A model generated the notes under the pieces. The model searched no databases and was not told where the DNA came from. It was given only the letters and a program-made list of their open reading frames with translations. A DNA stretch of 35,379 nucleotides, from the IMG/VR virus record IMGVR_UViG_3300018068_000001, positions 1 through 35,379 of that record. One strand, given 5' to 3'. Positions 19,470-29,304 of the stretch are shown here, piece by piece (position 1 is the first letter of the stretch; every line of letters begins with the position of its first letter). Source of the stretch: a virus. Taxonomy: Duplodnaviria > Caudoviricetes. A program made the translations under genes and the position numbers.

Positions 19470-21989
19470 TTATACTAACTGAAGTTGATTCCTATAGGAT
19501 AATTCCTTTATGTCTGATCTTAACTGCATCTGTCTCTCTTCTTTCATTCGTCTAATCTCAGATACAGCAGATTTATCCAGGGAACCAGAGACTATATAAG
19601 TATCTCCAGCCATATTTATGTTATTGGATGAGGAACTTGTCGACCCTGATTTTGATGCTATCATGTTCCATAGAGATGCTTGTTGAGATGTATTAAGCAT
19701 CATCTCTCCACCATTAGCCTGGATAGGGACAGTATCTCCCGTAGTAGGTCCTTGTACGATACCTCCACCAGCAAACTTCTGTGACTCTATCACAGCGATC
19801 TGAGTAGCAGTGAGTGCTGCTATGACCACTGACATGGCTATACCCATGATGAGACCAGCAGGCATACCCATCTGCATTGATGATGACCATGCATTCATGG
19901 TAGCGACTGCTCCAGCTATAAGTGCATTTGCTATAGCAGCATTCTTTTGTTTCTCCTGGATCTCTTTTGCTTTTGCAGCCTGCTCATCCTGCAGTTTGTC
20001 AGAAGCTTCTTTTTGCTGCTTATCAAGTTTACCCTTATTTTTCACGTATTTTGAAGCATTAGCATAGGACTTATCAAGAGCCTTTTGGCGCTCATCTGTT
20101 TCACGACTGATATTATTAAGTTGTACCTGATAAATATTATTAGCTATTTCCACTATCATCGATGCACCTTGAGTATAAGCATCTACTGTTTTTGATATGG
20201 AATCTACCCGAGCCTGAGTAGCGTCATATTCAATCTGGGCAAGGGCATTAGATGTCTCAGTGGCTATATTGATTCTCATTTCAGCCAATTGTGCATCATT
20301 ATCTCCGATAGTGTTATTAAGATCGGTGTAAAGTTTAAGATCTGACTCAAGTTTTTTCTTAAGTTCTTCACTTCCTGAGACTGACACTTTACCTGCAGCT
20401 ACACTCCCTGTAACATTGGTGAGTGCTGCTGATCCTGGAGTGGTAGGCCTTATGGTAGACCCTACGAGACCTGCTGATGATGCTGCTCCTATAGCTGCGT
20501 TCAATTCATCTATACGTTGTTTATGCAGATCATCCATTATCTTTTTATCCCGTTCATACATTTGCTGGGATATTACAGATGTTTGTTCTGCATAAATTTT
20601 ATCAGAATCTAACTTTGCCTGATTTAGTATAGCATGATCTTCTGCAGTACCCTTTGATAGTATCTTCTCATATTCTGCTATCTGCATCTTTCTTTTTTTA
20701 TAATCTTCATCTACTTTTAATTGTTTTGCGGCATCCTCATTAATTGTTATCTGATTAGCTTGAGCTTTTAATTCAGCAGCCCACTTCTTAAATTCTTCAA
20801 TTTTACTCTGTACTTCTTTAGTAATAAACTTTACACCTGATGCTTTTGGTTTATCAAATATAGCCATAAAATCATTTTTGACTTTATCTAAGGATTCTAC
20901 AAGTTTATCCATGGACCCAGTTTCCATGGGTATAAATGCATGCGGTACCTCTTGTTCTCCTTTTTTTATCTGAGCAGTACGCACAGAATCTTTTTGAGTA
21001 GGAGACATTTTTGAGTACTTATCCATCTTTTCTGATAGTTTACTCCAATCCATATCAAATATGTCTTTAATTGCCAACTTAGTGGATCCAGCTGCTCTAA
21101 TCAAATCATCTGTAAATTGGATAAGCATGTTAACAGAATTATCATATATGGCTACTAAACCGAGTGCTACAGTGTTATCAATATTTAAGACAGTTTTTGA
21201 TAGATTAACAAGAACATTAATAGATCTTCTAATAAAATTTTCAATAGCTACAGAATTTTTCTCTAAAAAAGATGCAAATTCCTGAAGATGTGGTTCTAAC
21301 ACAGAACCTATCTCTACAGCGTACTGTCCAAATATCTGTTGTAATCTGGGACCAGCTGCCTTATTGCCTAAACTTGACTTAGCTGCTTCTTCATAATCTT
21401 TTACTGATTCAATAGCTGCTCTTGAAGCTTGTCTAATTAAATATATAGCTGCAGCCAAACTTATAAATCTCTTAGTAAGCTGGTCTATAGCATTTGCATG
21501 TTCTCTATGAGATGCTGTAGATTTTTTAGTATCATCAATAATACTTTTTGAAACTCTTTTAGATTGCTCTATCTCTTTATTTGCTACTTGTATAGCACTA
21601 TTGAGCCTATTATCATAAACTGCTTTTTCAGAACTGATCCTTTTATTTATATCTGAGTTTATAGATTCAGTAGTTTTTTCAGAAACTTTTTTTAAATTTT
21701 CAGAACTTTTATTGAAAGCATCAGTTACACCTTTAGCTGATTTTTCTGCTTCTGACTTTAAGGTATTATAATTAGATCCTATAGAATTAGTAAGGGATTT
21801 ATTTGCATCTAATAAAGTAGTACTAACCTTCTGCATCTCAGATGATATAGTAGAATTTAGATTAGTTATAGCTGTTTTTATATCAGCATTCATGTTCTTG
21901 AGGTCAGCCATGATTGTATCTATCGATGACTTGGTATTGTTTACGACCTCTACATTTATATTGATCTTATTATCAGCCACGGTTTCCAC
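19470..21989 (-). CDS. Tape measure protein
   Basis: 839 aa helical, Ala/Lys-rich; C-terminal FAGGGIVQGPTTGDTVPIQANGGEMMLN motif; follows the tail chaperones. Confidence 0.85.
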   Translation of the reverse strand: METVADNKININVEVVNNTKSSIDTIMADLKNMNADIKTAITNLNSTISSEMQKVSTTLLDANKSLTNSIGSNYNTLKSEAEKSAKGVTDAFNKSSENLKKVSEKTTESINSDINKRISSEKAVYDNRLNSAIQVANKEIEQSKRVSKSIIDDTKKSTASHREHANAIDQLTKRFISLAAAIYLIRQASRAAIESVKDYEEAAKSSLGNKAAGPRLQQIFGQYAVEIGSVLEPHLQEFASFLEKNSVAIENFIRRSINVLVNLSKTVLNIDNTVALGLVAIYDNSVNMLIQFTDDLIRAAGSTKLAIKDIFDMDWSKLSEKMDKYSKMSPTQKDSVRTAQIKKGEQEVPHAFIPMETGSMDKLVESLDKVKNDFMAIFDKPKASGVKFITKEVQSKIEEFKKWAAELKAQANQITINEDAAKQLKVDEDYKKRKMQIAEYEKILSKGTAEDHAILNQAKLDSDKIYAEQTSVISQQMYERDKKIMDDLHKQRIDELNAAIGAASSAGLVGSTIRPTTPGSAALTNVTGSVAAGKVSVSGSEELKKKLESDLKLYTDLNNTIGDNDAQLAEMRINIATETSNALAQIEYDATQARVDSISKTVDAYTQGASMIVEIANNIYQVQLNNISRETDERQKALDKSYANASKYVKNKGKLDKQQKEASDKLQDEQAAKAKEIQEKQKNAAIANALIAGAVATMNAWSSSMQMGMPAGLIMGIAMSVVIAALTATQIAVIESQKFAGGGIVQGPTTGDTVPIQANGGEMMLNTSQQASLWNMIASKSGSTSSSSNNINMAGDTYIVSGSLDKSAVSEIRRMKEERQMQLRSDIKELSYRNQLQLV

Positions 21990-22263
21990 CTTTACTCTTT
22001 GCTAAATCTGCCTTACTCTTTTCTACTACAAACTTATTATAATAAGAGTTATATATCGATGCTACTACTACCCATTTTTCTGTTTGCTGCCAGTAATCGG
22101 GGGCTGCCCCTGAGAATTCCTTATAATAGTTATACTCAGAAAACCACTCCACGATAGTAGATGGTACAAATAGAAAAGGACAATTATAGTACTCAATATC
22201 GAACTCATCATCCTCCCAGCAAGCCACCTGTGACGGAGTCTCACATCCCCAAGCATCTTTCAT
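21973..22263 (-). CDS. Tail assembly chaperone, frameshift (GT-like) portion
   Basis: Its frame is open upstream to the slippery site at the end of the 22326..22799 gene. Confidence 0.65.
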   Translation of the reverse strand: MKDAWGCETPSQVACWEDDEFDIEYYNCPFLFVPSTIVEWFSEYNYYKEFSGAAPDYWQQTEKWVVVASIYNSYYNKFVVEKSKADLAKSKGGNRG

Positions 22264-22325
22264 CTCGGGATCACGCTGGCAATCCCCGCATGAGCACGGG
22301 AGAACACCAGCATGGATAGCAGCTA

Positions 22326-22799
22326 TTACTTTAAACCCAACTTCTCGTGCTTATTTAAACCTGATATATTTCCGATCTTATGAGATATATCCAGGATAAG
22401 TGTCAGAGGAAACGATTCAAATAAACTTTTCTTTGCCCCAGTATCTGTAGCTGACTCTGGCTCAAATGCTACTTCTTCTGCGGTACTTGCATCAAGTAAA
22501 TTTACCCAGCCTTGTACAGACTTACGTACCAGATCCCGGATAAGAGTGTCATCCATATCGGTCTGGAATTTAGTGAGAGCTTTAACTGATTCGATAGTCT
22601 CTTTGCGGGACCACGGTCTTATAGTGATAGTAGGATGAAAACATTCAGGTATAAGATATTCGTTAAGTTCCTTACCTTCTGCATCACGTTTCTTTGTTAA
22701 ATAAGACGCTGGTACAAAATCAAATTTAGAATTAATCGAGAAAGGTGCAAGCCCGGTAAGGATCTTTCTCGTCTCTTCATCCATTTCTTTACGTTCCAT
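22326..22799 (-). CDS. Tail assembly chaperone (G-like)
   Basis: Lies between tail tube and tape measure; ends in G-GGT-TTA-AAG-TAA. Confidence 0.7.
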   Translation of the reverse strand: MERKEMDEETRKILTGLAPFSINSKFDFVPASYLTKKRDAEGKELNEYLIPECFHPTITIRPWSRKETIESVKALTKFQTDMDDTLIRDLVRKSVQGWVNLLDASTAEEVAFEPESATDTGAKKSLFESFPLTLILDISHKIGNISGLNKHEKLGLK

Positions 22800-22838
22800 G
22801 ATAATCTGTTCTCCATCTTTTTGATACTATAATAAGGA

Positions 22839-22861
22839 GGAGGCCCTATGATAGAGCCTCC
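22839..22861 (-). terminator. Hairpin downstream of the tail tube gene
   Basis: GGAGGCTCTA-tca-TAGGGCCTCC on the minus strand. Confidence 0.6.
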
Positions 22862-22867
22862 GATAAT

Positions 22868-23911
22868 TTACAAGTACATACCTGTTGAACCGGCAGCACC
22901 AGTTTCATGGTAACCAATCAGTAGCTCGAAAGTGCATTCCGAAGGAAGACCGGTATCACCAAGCATACCAGTTACTCCATTATTGAGGCATTTATAGTTC
23001 TTTGCCCATCCTTCAAGACCTTCTCTAGCAGCGAGTGCAGGGGGTAGCATCTGAGATCTTGGGATACAGACTCTATATCTTGGGCTCCTTAATACAATAC
23101 GATCGATAGCGAATAACCCTGTGCATCCTGCTACTACATCACCGATAGGATCATCGATTGTCTTAGCCTGGATCAAAGGATCTATGCTAAAGCGTGGCTT
23201 ACGGTCAGTGATCGCATAGTGCGAATAACCAGTAGGATCGCTTTGATCGATCACCGGGGTCACTGCACAACCTGGATCAAGGCTGAATTTAGTCACCTTA
23301 GTAGCTGTACCATCCACGTAAATGGTGTTATTGATAAACTTTTCAGGGTGGTTCTGACTCATACCAATTGGATATGGGATATCTGCATTAGCAACAGTAC
23401 TTGTACCTACAAGTTTACCTGTTAATGTCACTTTTGCTAACCAGGGTTTACCTATCCCCTCACAAGTGATGATAGCATTACCCATACATCCAGCAAGTAT
23501 TGTCTTGATAGCAGTAGGAGTAGCATCTCTTGATACCTGATAGAATCCCACTGTGAGGGTAGATTCATCCCCAGCTTTAAGGGGTTGCAGTGCTATCCCA
23601 GATGCCCCGTAAGTTACAGATTTGAGACCACAAGCATTTAAGACTCTCCATGTCTCAGGCTCTACGATATCCGAAGTACCATAAGCCAGACGCATGTCAA
23701 AAGTGATTTGACCTGATCTTGCCCCATATACTGATTCCGCTTCCGCATGATCACCTCTGGCATATTTTGCTGCCTCATCATCCACTTCAGTATTGTAGGT
23801 TAATGCTGGTGAGATGATTCGGATGTTAAAATCATTCGATGATAATGTTTCGGCAGTACCTACAACCGCTTCTTTCTTGCATATCACAAAGTTTAAACTC
23901 GAAGGGTACAT
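22868..23911 (-). CDS. Major tail tube protein
   Basis: KKEAVVGT start, LNACGL, ILAGCMGN; position in the module. Confidence 0.75.
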   Translation of the reverse strand: MYPSSLNFVICKKEAVVGTAETLSSNDFNIRIISPALTYNTEVDDEAAKYARGDHAEAESVYGARSGQITFDMRLAYGTSDIVEPETWRVLNACGLKSVTYGASGIALQPLKAGDESTLTVGFYQVSRDATPTAIKTILAGCMGNAIITCEGIGKPWLAKVTLTGKLVGTSTVANADIPYPIGMSQNHPEKFINNTIYVDGTATKVTKFSLDPGCAVTPVIDQSDPTGYSHYAITDRKPRFSIDPLIQAKTIDDPIGDVVAGCTGLFAIDRIVLRSPRYRVCIPRSQMLPPALAAREGLEGWAKNYKCLNNGVTGMLGDTGLPSECTFELLIGYHETGAAGSTGMYL

Positions 23912-23912
23912 A

Positions 23913-24050
23913 TTGTTTATTCCTTTTTAAAGTATTATATTGCTATTGAGTCTGCAAAACTCCATTTAAAAAATTCTAGGTTTGGTTGGGTACCCCCCCA
24001 TTAAAAGATGACGATTTCTTGCAGACTCCGTCGTCTGCCAATCCTTTTTT
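23913..24050 (+). promoter_or_regulatory. Promoter with structured leader/attenuator (element 3)
   Basis: TTGTTT-17-TATATT; GAGT/ACTC hairpin; nested stems ending GCCAATCC-T6; AGGAG RBS. Confidence 0.6.
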
Positions 24051-24064
24051 ATCATAGGAGTCTT

Positions 24065-24610
24065 ATGGTTAAAGGTTCTAAGCATTCTGAAGAATCTAAG
24101 AAAGAAATGAGTGTTAGTCATAAGGGTAAGACACTCTCTAAATTTACTAGAGATAGACTTAGAAAAAGTAACAGAAGACCTATAACTTTTATTGAGGGTA
24201 GCAATGGTTGTTATATCTGTACTTCCCATAATAGGGGTAATCAGGGCTATCCTGTTGTTAAGATTTATGGGGTTAGGACAGAAATAAGTAGGTACCTCTA
24301 CACACTTAAATTTGGTGAGATACCTAAAGGTATGTTTATTTGTCATTCCTGTGATAATAGATTTTGTATCAATATTAAGCATCTTTTTATCGGAACACCT
24401 AAAGAAAACTCTGAAGACATGGTGAAAAAGAAAAGAAATAGTTATGGCGAAAAAAGGTACAACCATATTCTTACTAAGGAACAAATAGCAGATATTAAGA
24501 ACCATAAATACTATAGAGGTCTTTATAAGCATCTTAGTGACAGATATAATGTTAGAACGGGCTACATTTGTGATGTATACCTCGGTAGATCTAGAAAGTA
24601 TGCTGAGTAG
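24065..24610 (+). CDS. HNH homing endonuclease with NUMOD3-like N-terminus, antisense to the structural operon
   Basis: [17 protein letters not shown] (NUMOD3); [28 protein letters not shown] (HNH). Confidence 0.9.
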   Translation: MVKGSKHSEESKKEMSVSHKGKTLSKFTRDRLRKSNRRPITFIEGSNGCYICTSHNRGNQGYPVVKIYGVRTEISRYLYTLKFGEIPKGMFICHSCDNRFCINIKHLFIGTPKENSEDMVKKKRNSYGEKRYNHILTKEQIADIKNHKYYRGLYKHLSDRYNVRTGYICDVYLGRSRKYAE

Positions 24611-24611
24611 T

Positions 24612-25091
24612 TTAAGCATCATGATCTGGGTATCTCCTGTCAGATTCCCATGTGAGTAGCCACTTAGTTTCCATAAAAGTTGGTATTAAAAGATCACCAT
24701 TCCTACTGAAGGTGCGTGTCATACCCTGATACATAATAACATCAGTATTACCCCCTAATGTAGGATTCTTACCAAATACAGCGAGTAAATCGTCCAAACA
24801 TCTGTTGAGGTCGGTATTTATATCCCATAGCGGATTTCCCATCTCCTGCTCTAACTTGGTAGTCACGGTAATCCTATAAACTGACTCATGCATGTACATA
24901 CCATTAGAAGATCCGCCTTGAGCATCTAAACTAGTGTCTGACTCTAAGTATATGTTCGCAAGAGGAAATGTCACCTTAGACCTATCTTGACAGTTAACTG
25001 CCCACGAGTAGTGATAGGCCCCAGGAGCCATAGACTCTATAAGTGACTGCATGAAATCCTCTATACGAGTCAAAATAGGCTTATTTGGCAT
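24612..25091 (-). CDS. Putative tail terminator/completion protein
   Basis: Size and position before the tail tube; TFPLANIY motif. Confidence 0.55.
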   Translation of the reverse strand: MPNKPILTRIEDFMQSLIESMAPGAYHYSWAVNCQDRSKVTFPLANIYLESDTSLDAQGGSSNGMYMHESVYRITVTTKLEQEMGNPLWDINTDLNRCLDDLLAVFGKNPTLGGNTDVIMYQGMTRTFSRNGDLLIPTFMETKWLLTWESDRRYPDHDA

Positions 25092-25104
25092 ATACTCTTA
25101 ATCC

Positions 25105-25383
25105 TTACTTATGGATGAATATCGGGATAATAAAGTTTATTGCCCCTACGATACCTGCTACTACTAAACTTACTTTGACCGTGAGCCCTGATACCTGCTC
25201 AGTTATCTTTTGTACCATCATCTTGATATCATATAGATCACGTTTAGTATCCTTTAACTCTTCACCTAAATGTTTTACATCACTATTCAAAGAAGTTCTG
25301 CATGCTATGCACTGTTCACTCATGACTAAAACCTTATTATTAAGTGATAGATATTCTTCTTTACTCACATATTCATCAGCCAT
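25105..25383 (-). CDS. Coiled-coil protein with C-terminal TM helix (possible lysis accessory)
   Basis: Heptad pattern followed by VSLVVAGIVGAINFIIPIFI. Confidence 0.65.
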   Translation of the reverse strand: MADEYVSKEEYLSLNNKVLVMSEQCIACRTSLNSDVKHLGEELKDTKRDLYDIKMMVQKITEQVSGLTVKVSLVVAGIVGAINFIIPIFIHK

Positions 25384-25415
25384 TTTTTTGGGTCTCCAAG
25401 TGTATTTATTTTATG

Positions 25416-25796
25416 CTATGCCCTATAGATGTTACCACATTGTACTGCCCTATCCCCTATTTGATTCACTGCTCCTGTAATCATTTCTATATTTATTTCA
25501 TCTTTTAATCCGGCAAGTTCTTTTTTATACATACCATACTGTATCGCATATTTTTCGGTAGCATCTATCCCAGTATCGTTTGCCCCAAGTTTATCCTGGC
25601 AAAGTCTCATAAGGATAAATACTATACCATATCTTTTGATCTTATAATGCAGAGGGATCTGGATATCATCTATATCCCGTACTCCTAAAGTTTCTGCAAG
25701 ATCATCAATCTCTTCATCAGCCTCTAAGATATAGTCTTGAAGAGCGAATCCTTGAGCTACATTTGCTTTGATATCAGAAATATTTATATAAGACAT
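25416..25796 (-). CDS. Putative head-tail adaptor
   Basis: MSYINISDI start, ILEADEEIDDL, IPLHYKIK; position. Confidence 0.6.
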   Translation of the reverse strand: MSYINISDIKANVAQGFALQDYILEADEEIDDLAETLGVRDIDDIQIPLHYKIKRYGIVFILMRLCQDKLGANDTGIDATEKYAIQYGMYKKELAGLKDEINIEMITGAVNQIGDRAVQCGNIYRA

Positions 25797-26177
25797 TTAT
25801 GCTAACCCCACTTCTCTTATTGCCTGTGCTATAGATTTATTAAGAGCTTTCGTTAAATCTGGTTCGTTATCAAGTACTGCCTTGTATACAAATTTATCAG
25901 GAGCCCAAGTACCATGGCCTTCATGGACGTATACCCCATAGTGAGCCACTGAGTCACTTATAAAAAGATCTCCTTTGAGCTCCTTCACTGCTGCCTGAGT
26001 AGCGCTGTATAATTTACCGGTCCTTACCTTATACCTGTGTGATACCTTTGCGATGGATGCCATATCAGTGAGCGCTGATTCAAGACCTTTTGAAAGGTTC
26101 CTTGATAGAGCCTCCCCGAGTTTACTAAAGGATGATATCACATCCTCTGCTTTTACTGCATCCTTTAAGAGTATCAT
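25797..26177 (-). CDS. HK97 gp10-like / virion morphogenesis protein
   Basis: VRTGKL...HYGVYVHEG...PDKFVYKAV. Confidence 0.7.
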   Translation of the reverse strand: MILLKDAVKAEDVISSFSKLGEALSRNLSKGLESALTDMASIAKVSHRYKVRTGKLYSATQAAVKELKGDLFISDSVAHYGVYVHEGHGTWAPDKFVYKAVLDNEPDLTKALNKSIAQAIREVGLA

Positions 26178-27013
26178 TGATACATCTCCTGATACTTAAG
26201 CTGTTTGATCCTCTTTGCTTGCTCTTCTTTAGCTCTTTGAGCATCTTCTTCATTAATCAAGAATGCAAGGAGCATAGCCATACTATTATAGTTGTTTGGT
26301 TTATTAGCTGCTCTTGTAAGAGTTTTAGTTGCTAACTTCATCTTAGCCCGATCAAGTACTGTATGGATAGTATCTGACGAGGCATTACTGATCGCTTTAT
26401 CGAGTACCTCTTGAGTGATAGTATCAGGTAGTCCATCTATGATCTTAGTCACTGTCATATCCAGTTCTTTTTCGATCTTTTTCTCGATTTCTTTCTGGAT
26501 TTCTTTATCTACTACCTTCTCTATTTCAAGAGTCACAGTCTTATCTATAACTTTTTCTGCTGGAGTGATTGTCGGTTTCACTTTCGCAGGTTCTATGGTA
26601 TAGACTATCCGGGGCCCTGGGGTAGATACCGGTACTTGCTCTGTCTCAACTTTAGCGAACTCTTTTGCCAGGGTAGCTTTGAGTGCTATGGAAAGTTCGT
26701 CCTCTAACTCCGCTACTGCGTCATAGATAAATGGATCAGGAGCCCAAGTCCGCTGACCATTATGTACAAACTTACCATAAGGAGCAAGCATATCATCGAT
26801 ATAAACTCTCCCTGATAGACCATACATCTCTGACTCAATAGCTGATACTAAATTACCAGTACGTGATCTGAACCTGTGAAGTATCTTAGCTCTCCTGGTT
26901 ATCCGGGAGATATATGATCCCAGCACATCCCCTAATGCAGCCTCTGCATAATCGGGGATGGAGGCATAGCCCAAAAGCTTATGGGCATCTAAGATAACTT
27001 CTACAGTGCTCAC
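26174..27013 (-). CDS. HK97 gp10-like domain with a charged C-terminal extension
   Basis: SRTGNL...PYGKFVHNG..WAPDPFIYDAV, paralogous to the adjacent gene. Confidence 0.7.
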   Translation of the reverse strand: MSTVEVILDAHKLLGYASIPDYAEAALGDVLGSYISRITRRAKILHRFRSRTGNLVSAIESEMYGLSGRVYIDDMLAPYGKFVHNGQRTWAPDPFIYDAVAELEDELSIALKATLAKEFAKVETEQVPVSTPGPRIVYTIEPAKVKPTITPAEKVIDKTVTLEIEKVVDKEIQKEIEKKIEKELDMTVTKIIDGLPDTITQEVLDKAISNASSDTIHTVLDRAKMKLATKTLTRAANKPNNYNSMAMLLAFLINEEDAQRAKEEQAKRIKQLKYQEMYQ

Positions 27014-27199
27014 TTACTTATTGAGTCTCTTTTTCAGGTACTCTTGTTCTGCTCTACTAAGCACAGTCTCGGGCTGGCTCAATGAATACCCCGCCTTCTC
27101 CCACAATTTGAGATCTGTCTCGATTATCTGAGCTGATCCCTCCATATTGTAAACTGTCAGTATCTTTACTTCTTTTACTTCCTTTTCCTTCTCTGCCAT
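27014..27199 (-). CDS. Small hypothetical protein
   Basis: AAGGA RBS; abuts the next gene. Confidence 0.65.
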   Translation of the reverse strand: MAEKEKEVKEVKILTVYNMEGSAQIIETDLKLWEKAGYSLSQPETVLSRAEQEYLKKRLNK

Positions 27200-27358
27200 T
27201 TTCCTTGTTCTCCTTTTTTATACCTTCTGATGCAATTTTATAGAATGATGTATCACTATGGACATGGGCATCTATACCCCTGTTCTGTGATATCTCATCC
27301 AGTATATTTCGTACTCTCATTTTGAGCATATCCTGTAATTTAGTGTGATGAAACAAAA

Positions 27359-27381
27359 GGAGGCTCTATAATAGAGCCCCC
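27359..27381 (-). terminator. Terminator downstream of the capsid gene
   Basis: GGGGGCTCTA-tta-TAGAGCCTCC followed by TTTTGTTT. Confidence 0.7.
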
Positions 27382-27388
27382 AATTTGA

Positions 27389-28510
27389 TTATCCCTGCAT
27401 TACTGCGCCAAACTCATTCATCGTTACTTTCGCACCGCAATAAAGGTCAAAGACCCATGAAGTAGCAAGAGTTGATGTAGAGGCATTCGACATGATACGG
27501 AGACCGACACCATTGATGGATGCTACGGCAGTCTGTGCATTAGTCACAGGACCTGGAAGAATAGCAGCAGCAACACCAATTGGGTTATATACTACGTTTG
27601 CAGAAGGTGCAGCCTGGAAAGTGATTGCAGCTTCAGCAGTAGCCTGAGCAGCAAGAGTCGGGGTAAATATGATAGGGCATTCACTGCCTGCGATAGGAGC
27701 ATCAGCAGTGATCGTATAAACAGTCGCATCACCAGCGATAGTGAAACGTGTTCCTTCATAGATAGGTACTCCACCACCAGTAGCATCCGTAAAGCCATCG
27801 ATTATGATGGTAGTTCCTGTAGCAGTAGTAGTCTTGACTAGGATAGTGCCTGTCAGATAACCACGTGTAAAAGCCATGTTAGGCGATCTGAACCAGTTGA
27901 TACCAGAAAGCATACCAAGGCTATTTGATCGAAGACCAGCAGGACGTTCTACCCCATAGTCAGAAGATGTGAAAATATTAAGAGCTGATAAAGAAGCATG
28001 AGCCGTTGAAGTGATAAGACCAACGAGCTGGCTATTATCCCCTCTATTGTCAAAGATCTTTTTGTCAGCAGCAAGAATATGCGCGTGAGTGCTAGGCTGG
28101 TTACCGGCAGTACCTACGATATTTCTGTTGAATCCACCGATGATCTTCTGGATCAAATACCCTTCGACTCCACGAGTAAGTGCCCGTACAGCTGGGATAG
28201 CAATCTGCCCAGTAAAATCATCTACCTGAAGAGCTGACTCATCTGATGTGAGATCTACTCTTTTGTAGAAATGCTTCTGGATAATAACATCCGTACCTCC
28301 CTCAGTCACCGCAGTAGCTGAAGTAGTAGTAGTAAATTCATCAGCGGTACCAAGATTGGCTGGTCCTTTAACTTTTACGGTAGAGCCTACTTTGGTTGCG
28401 AAGGTCTGCTCGACGTTACGATTAACCAGATTGGCTACCATAAGCTGATCATTTAGGAACAAGGCTGCATCACGTACAACCATGCTGGGGGTGACGAAAG
28501 TATTAGACAT
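27389..28510 (-). CDS. Major capsid protein (P22 coat-like)
   Basis: MSNTFVTPSMVVRDAALFLNDQL...KVGSTVKV...FDLYCGAK. Confidence 0.88.
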   Translation of the reverse strand: MSNTFVTPSMVVRDAALFLNDQLMVANLVNRNVEQTFATKVGSTVKVKGPANLGTADEFTTTTSATAVTEGGTDVIIQKHFYKRVDLTSDESALQVDDFTGQIAIPAVRALTRGVEGYLIQKIIGGFNRNIVGTAGNQPSTHAHILAADKKIFDNRGDNSQLVGLITSTAHASLSALNIFTSSDYGVERPAGLRSNSLGMLSGINWFRSPNMAFTRGYLTGTILVKTTTATGTTIIIDGFTDATGGGVPIYEGTRFTIAGDATVYTITADAPIAGSECPIIFTPTLAAQATAEAAITFQAAPSANVVYNPIGVAAAILPGPVTNAQTAVASINGVGLRIMSNASTSTLATSWVFDLYCGAKVTMNEFGAVMQG

Positions 28511-28537
28511 AGTATAACTCCTGTTTTTGGTTTTGTT

Positions 28538-29233
28538 TTATTTAAAAATGCCTCCGGAAGTCATAGCCCGGAGTCTGTTTAATCTTGCCTGATCATCAGT
28601 TACAGGGCCTGATGTTACGCCTCCGTTTGGTTGAGCTCCGCCTCCAGGGCGTTGTGTATTTTTAACAATGTCTGGTCTTGAATCGAGTAACTGCTTTACC
28701 CCATCTTCATAAGACATTGTAGTTTTATCTTCTTGAATGAATACTGGCTTATCTTCAACTAAGTCTACCCTTCCAGAGGATATCAAGTCATTGATCAGAT
28801 AATCATGGCCATAGACTTTATCTCTAAAAGTCTCTACCATAGTTCCTCTAAGTTTTTCATTCTTGGCTTTAATCTTAAGTTCCCCGGCTGCTTGTCTCTC
28901 TGTGAGTAACTCTGCCTGGGTCTTACTAAAATCTCCACTTAACTTCTTCACCTGATTCTGCAAGTCTGCAAGAGTAGTATCCTTCAAGGCTACTGTCTCT
29001 GTAGTAGTCTTTAGACCTTGTACAAAATCTGTCAGTTCTGTAGTACCATCATACCCAAGATTGTCAAAAGCTATCTTGTATTTTCTTAAGGACTCAGCTT
29101 CTTTGTTCCTTCTATTTACCTCAATGATACCTTTTGATTTTTCTCCCTCTACTTGCCCCAGGTGAAAATCTATTGCCTCTGATCCTTTAGGTAGTGCTTC
29201 AAGCATTGCCCTAAATTCTATTGCATCCATCAA
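28538..29233 (-). CDS. Capsid scaffolding protein
   Basis: Coiled-coil with a Gly-rich C-terminus (RPGGGAQPNGG), between portal and capsid. Confidence 0.75.
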   Translation of the reverse strand: MMDAIEFRAMLEALPKGSEAIDFHLGQVEGEKSKGIIEVNRRNKEAESLRKYKIAFDNLGYDGTTELTDFVQGLKTTTETVALKDTTLADLQNQVKKLSGDFSKTQAELLTERQAAGELKIKAKNEKLRGTMVETFRDKVYGHDYLINDLISSGRVDLVEDKPVFIQEDKTTMSYEDGVKQLLDSRPDIVKNTQRPGGGAQPNGGVTSGPVTDDQARLNRLRAMTSGGIFK

Positions 29234-29304
29234 AACCTCCAGGGTTATTTAAAAGATTATACTGGGTATCCTCCAATTTATTGAGTAGACCCAGTTTTGC
29301 ATTA

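Noticed and set aside
23966-24622. 218-aa minus-strand ORF co-oriented with the late operon
   Set aside because: Antisense shadow of the motif-bearing HNH gene, with no recognisable features.
27057-27356. 99-aa ORF after the capsid gene
   Set aside because: It starts in the terminator tail, has no RBS and overlaps the better-supported 27014..27199 gene.
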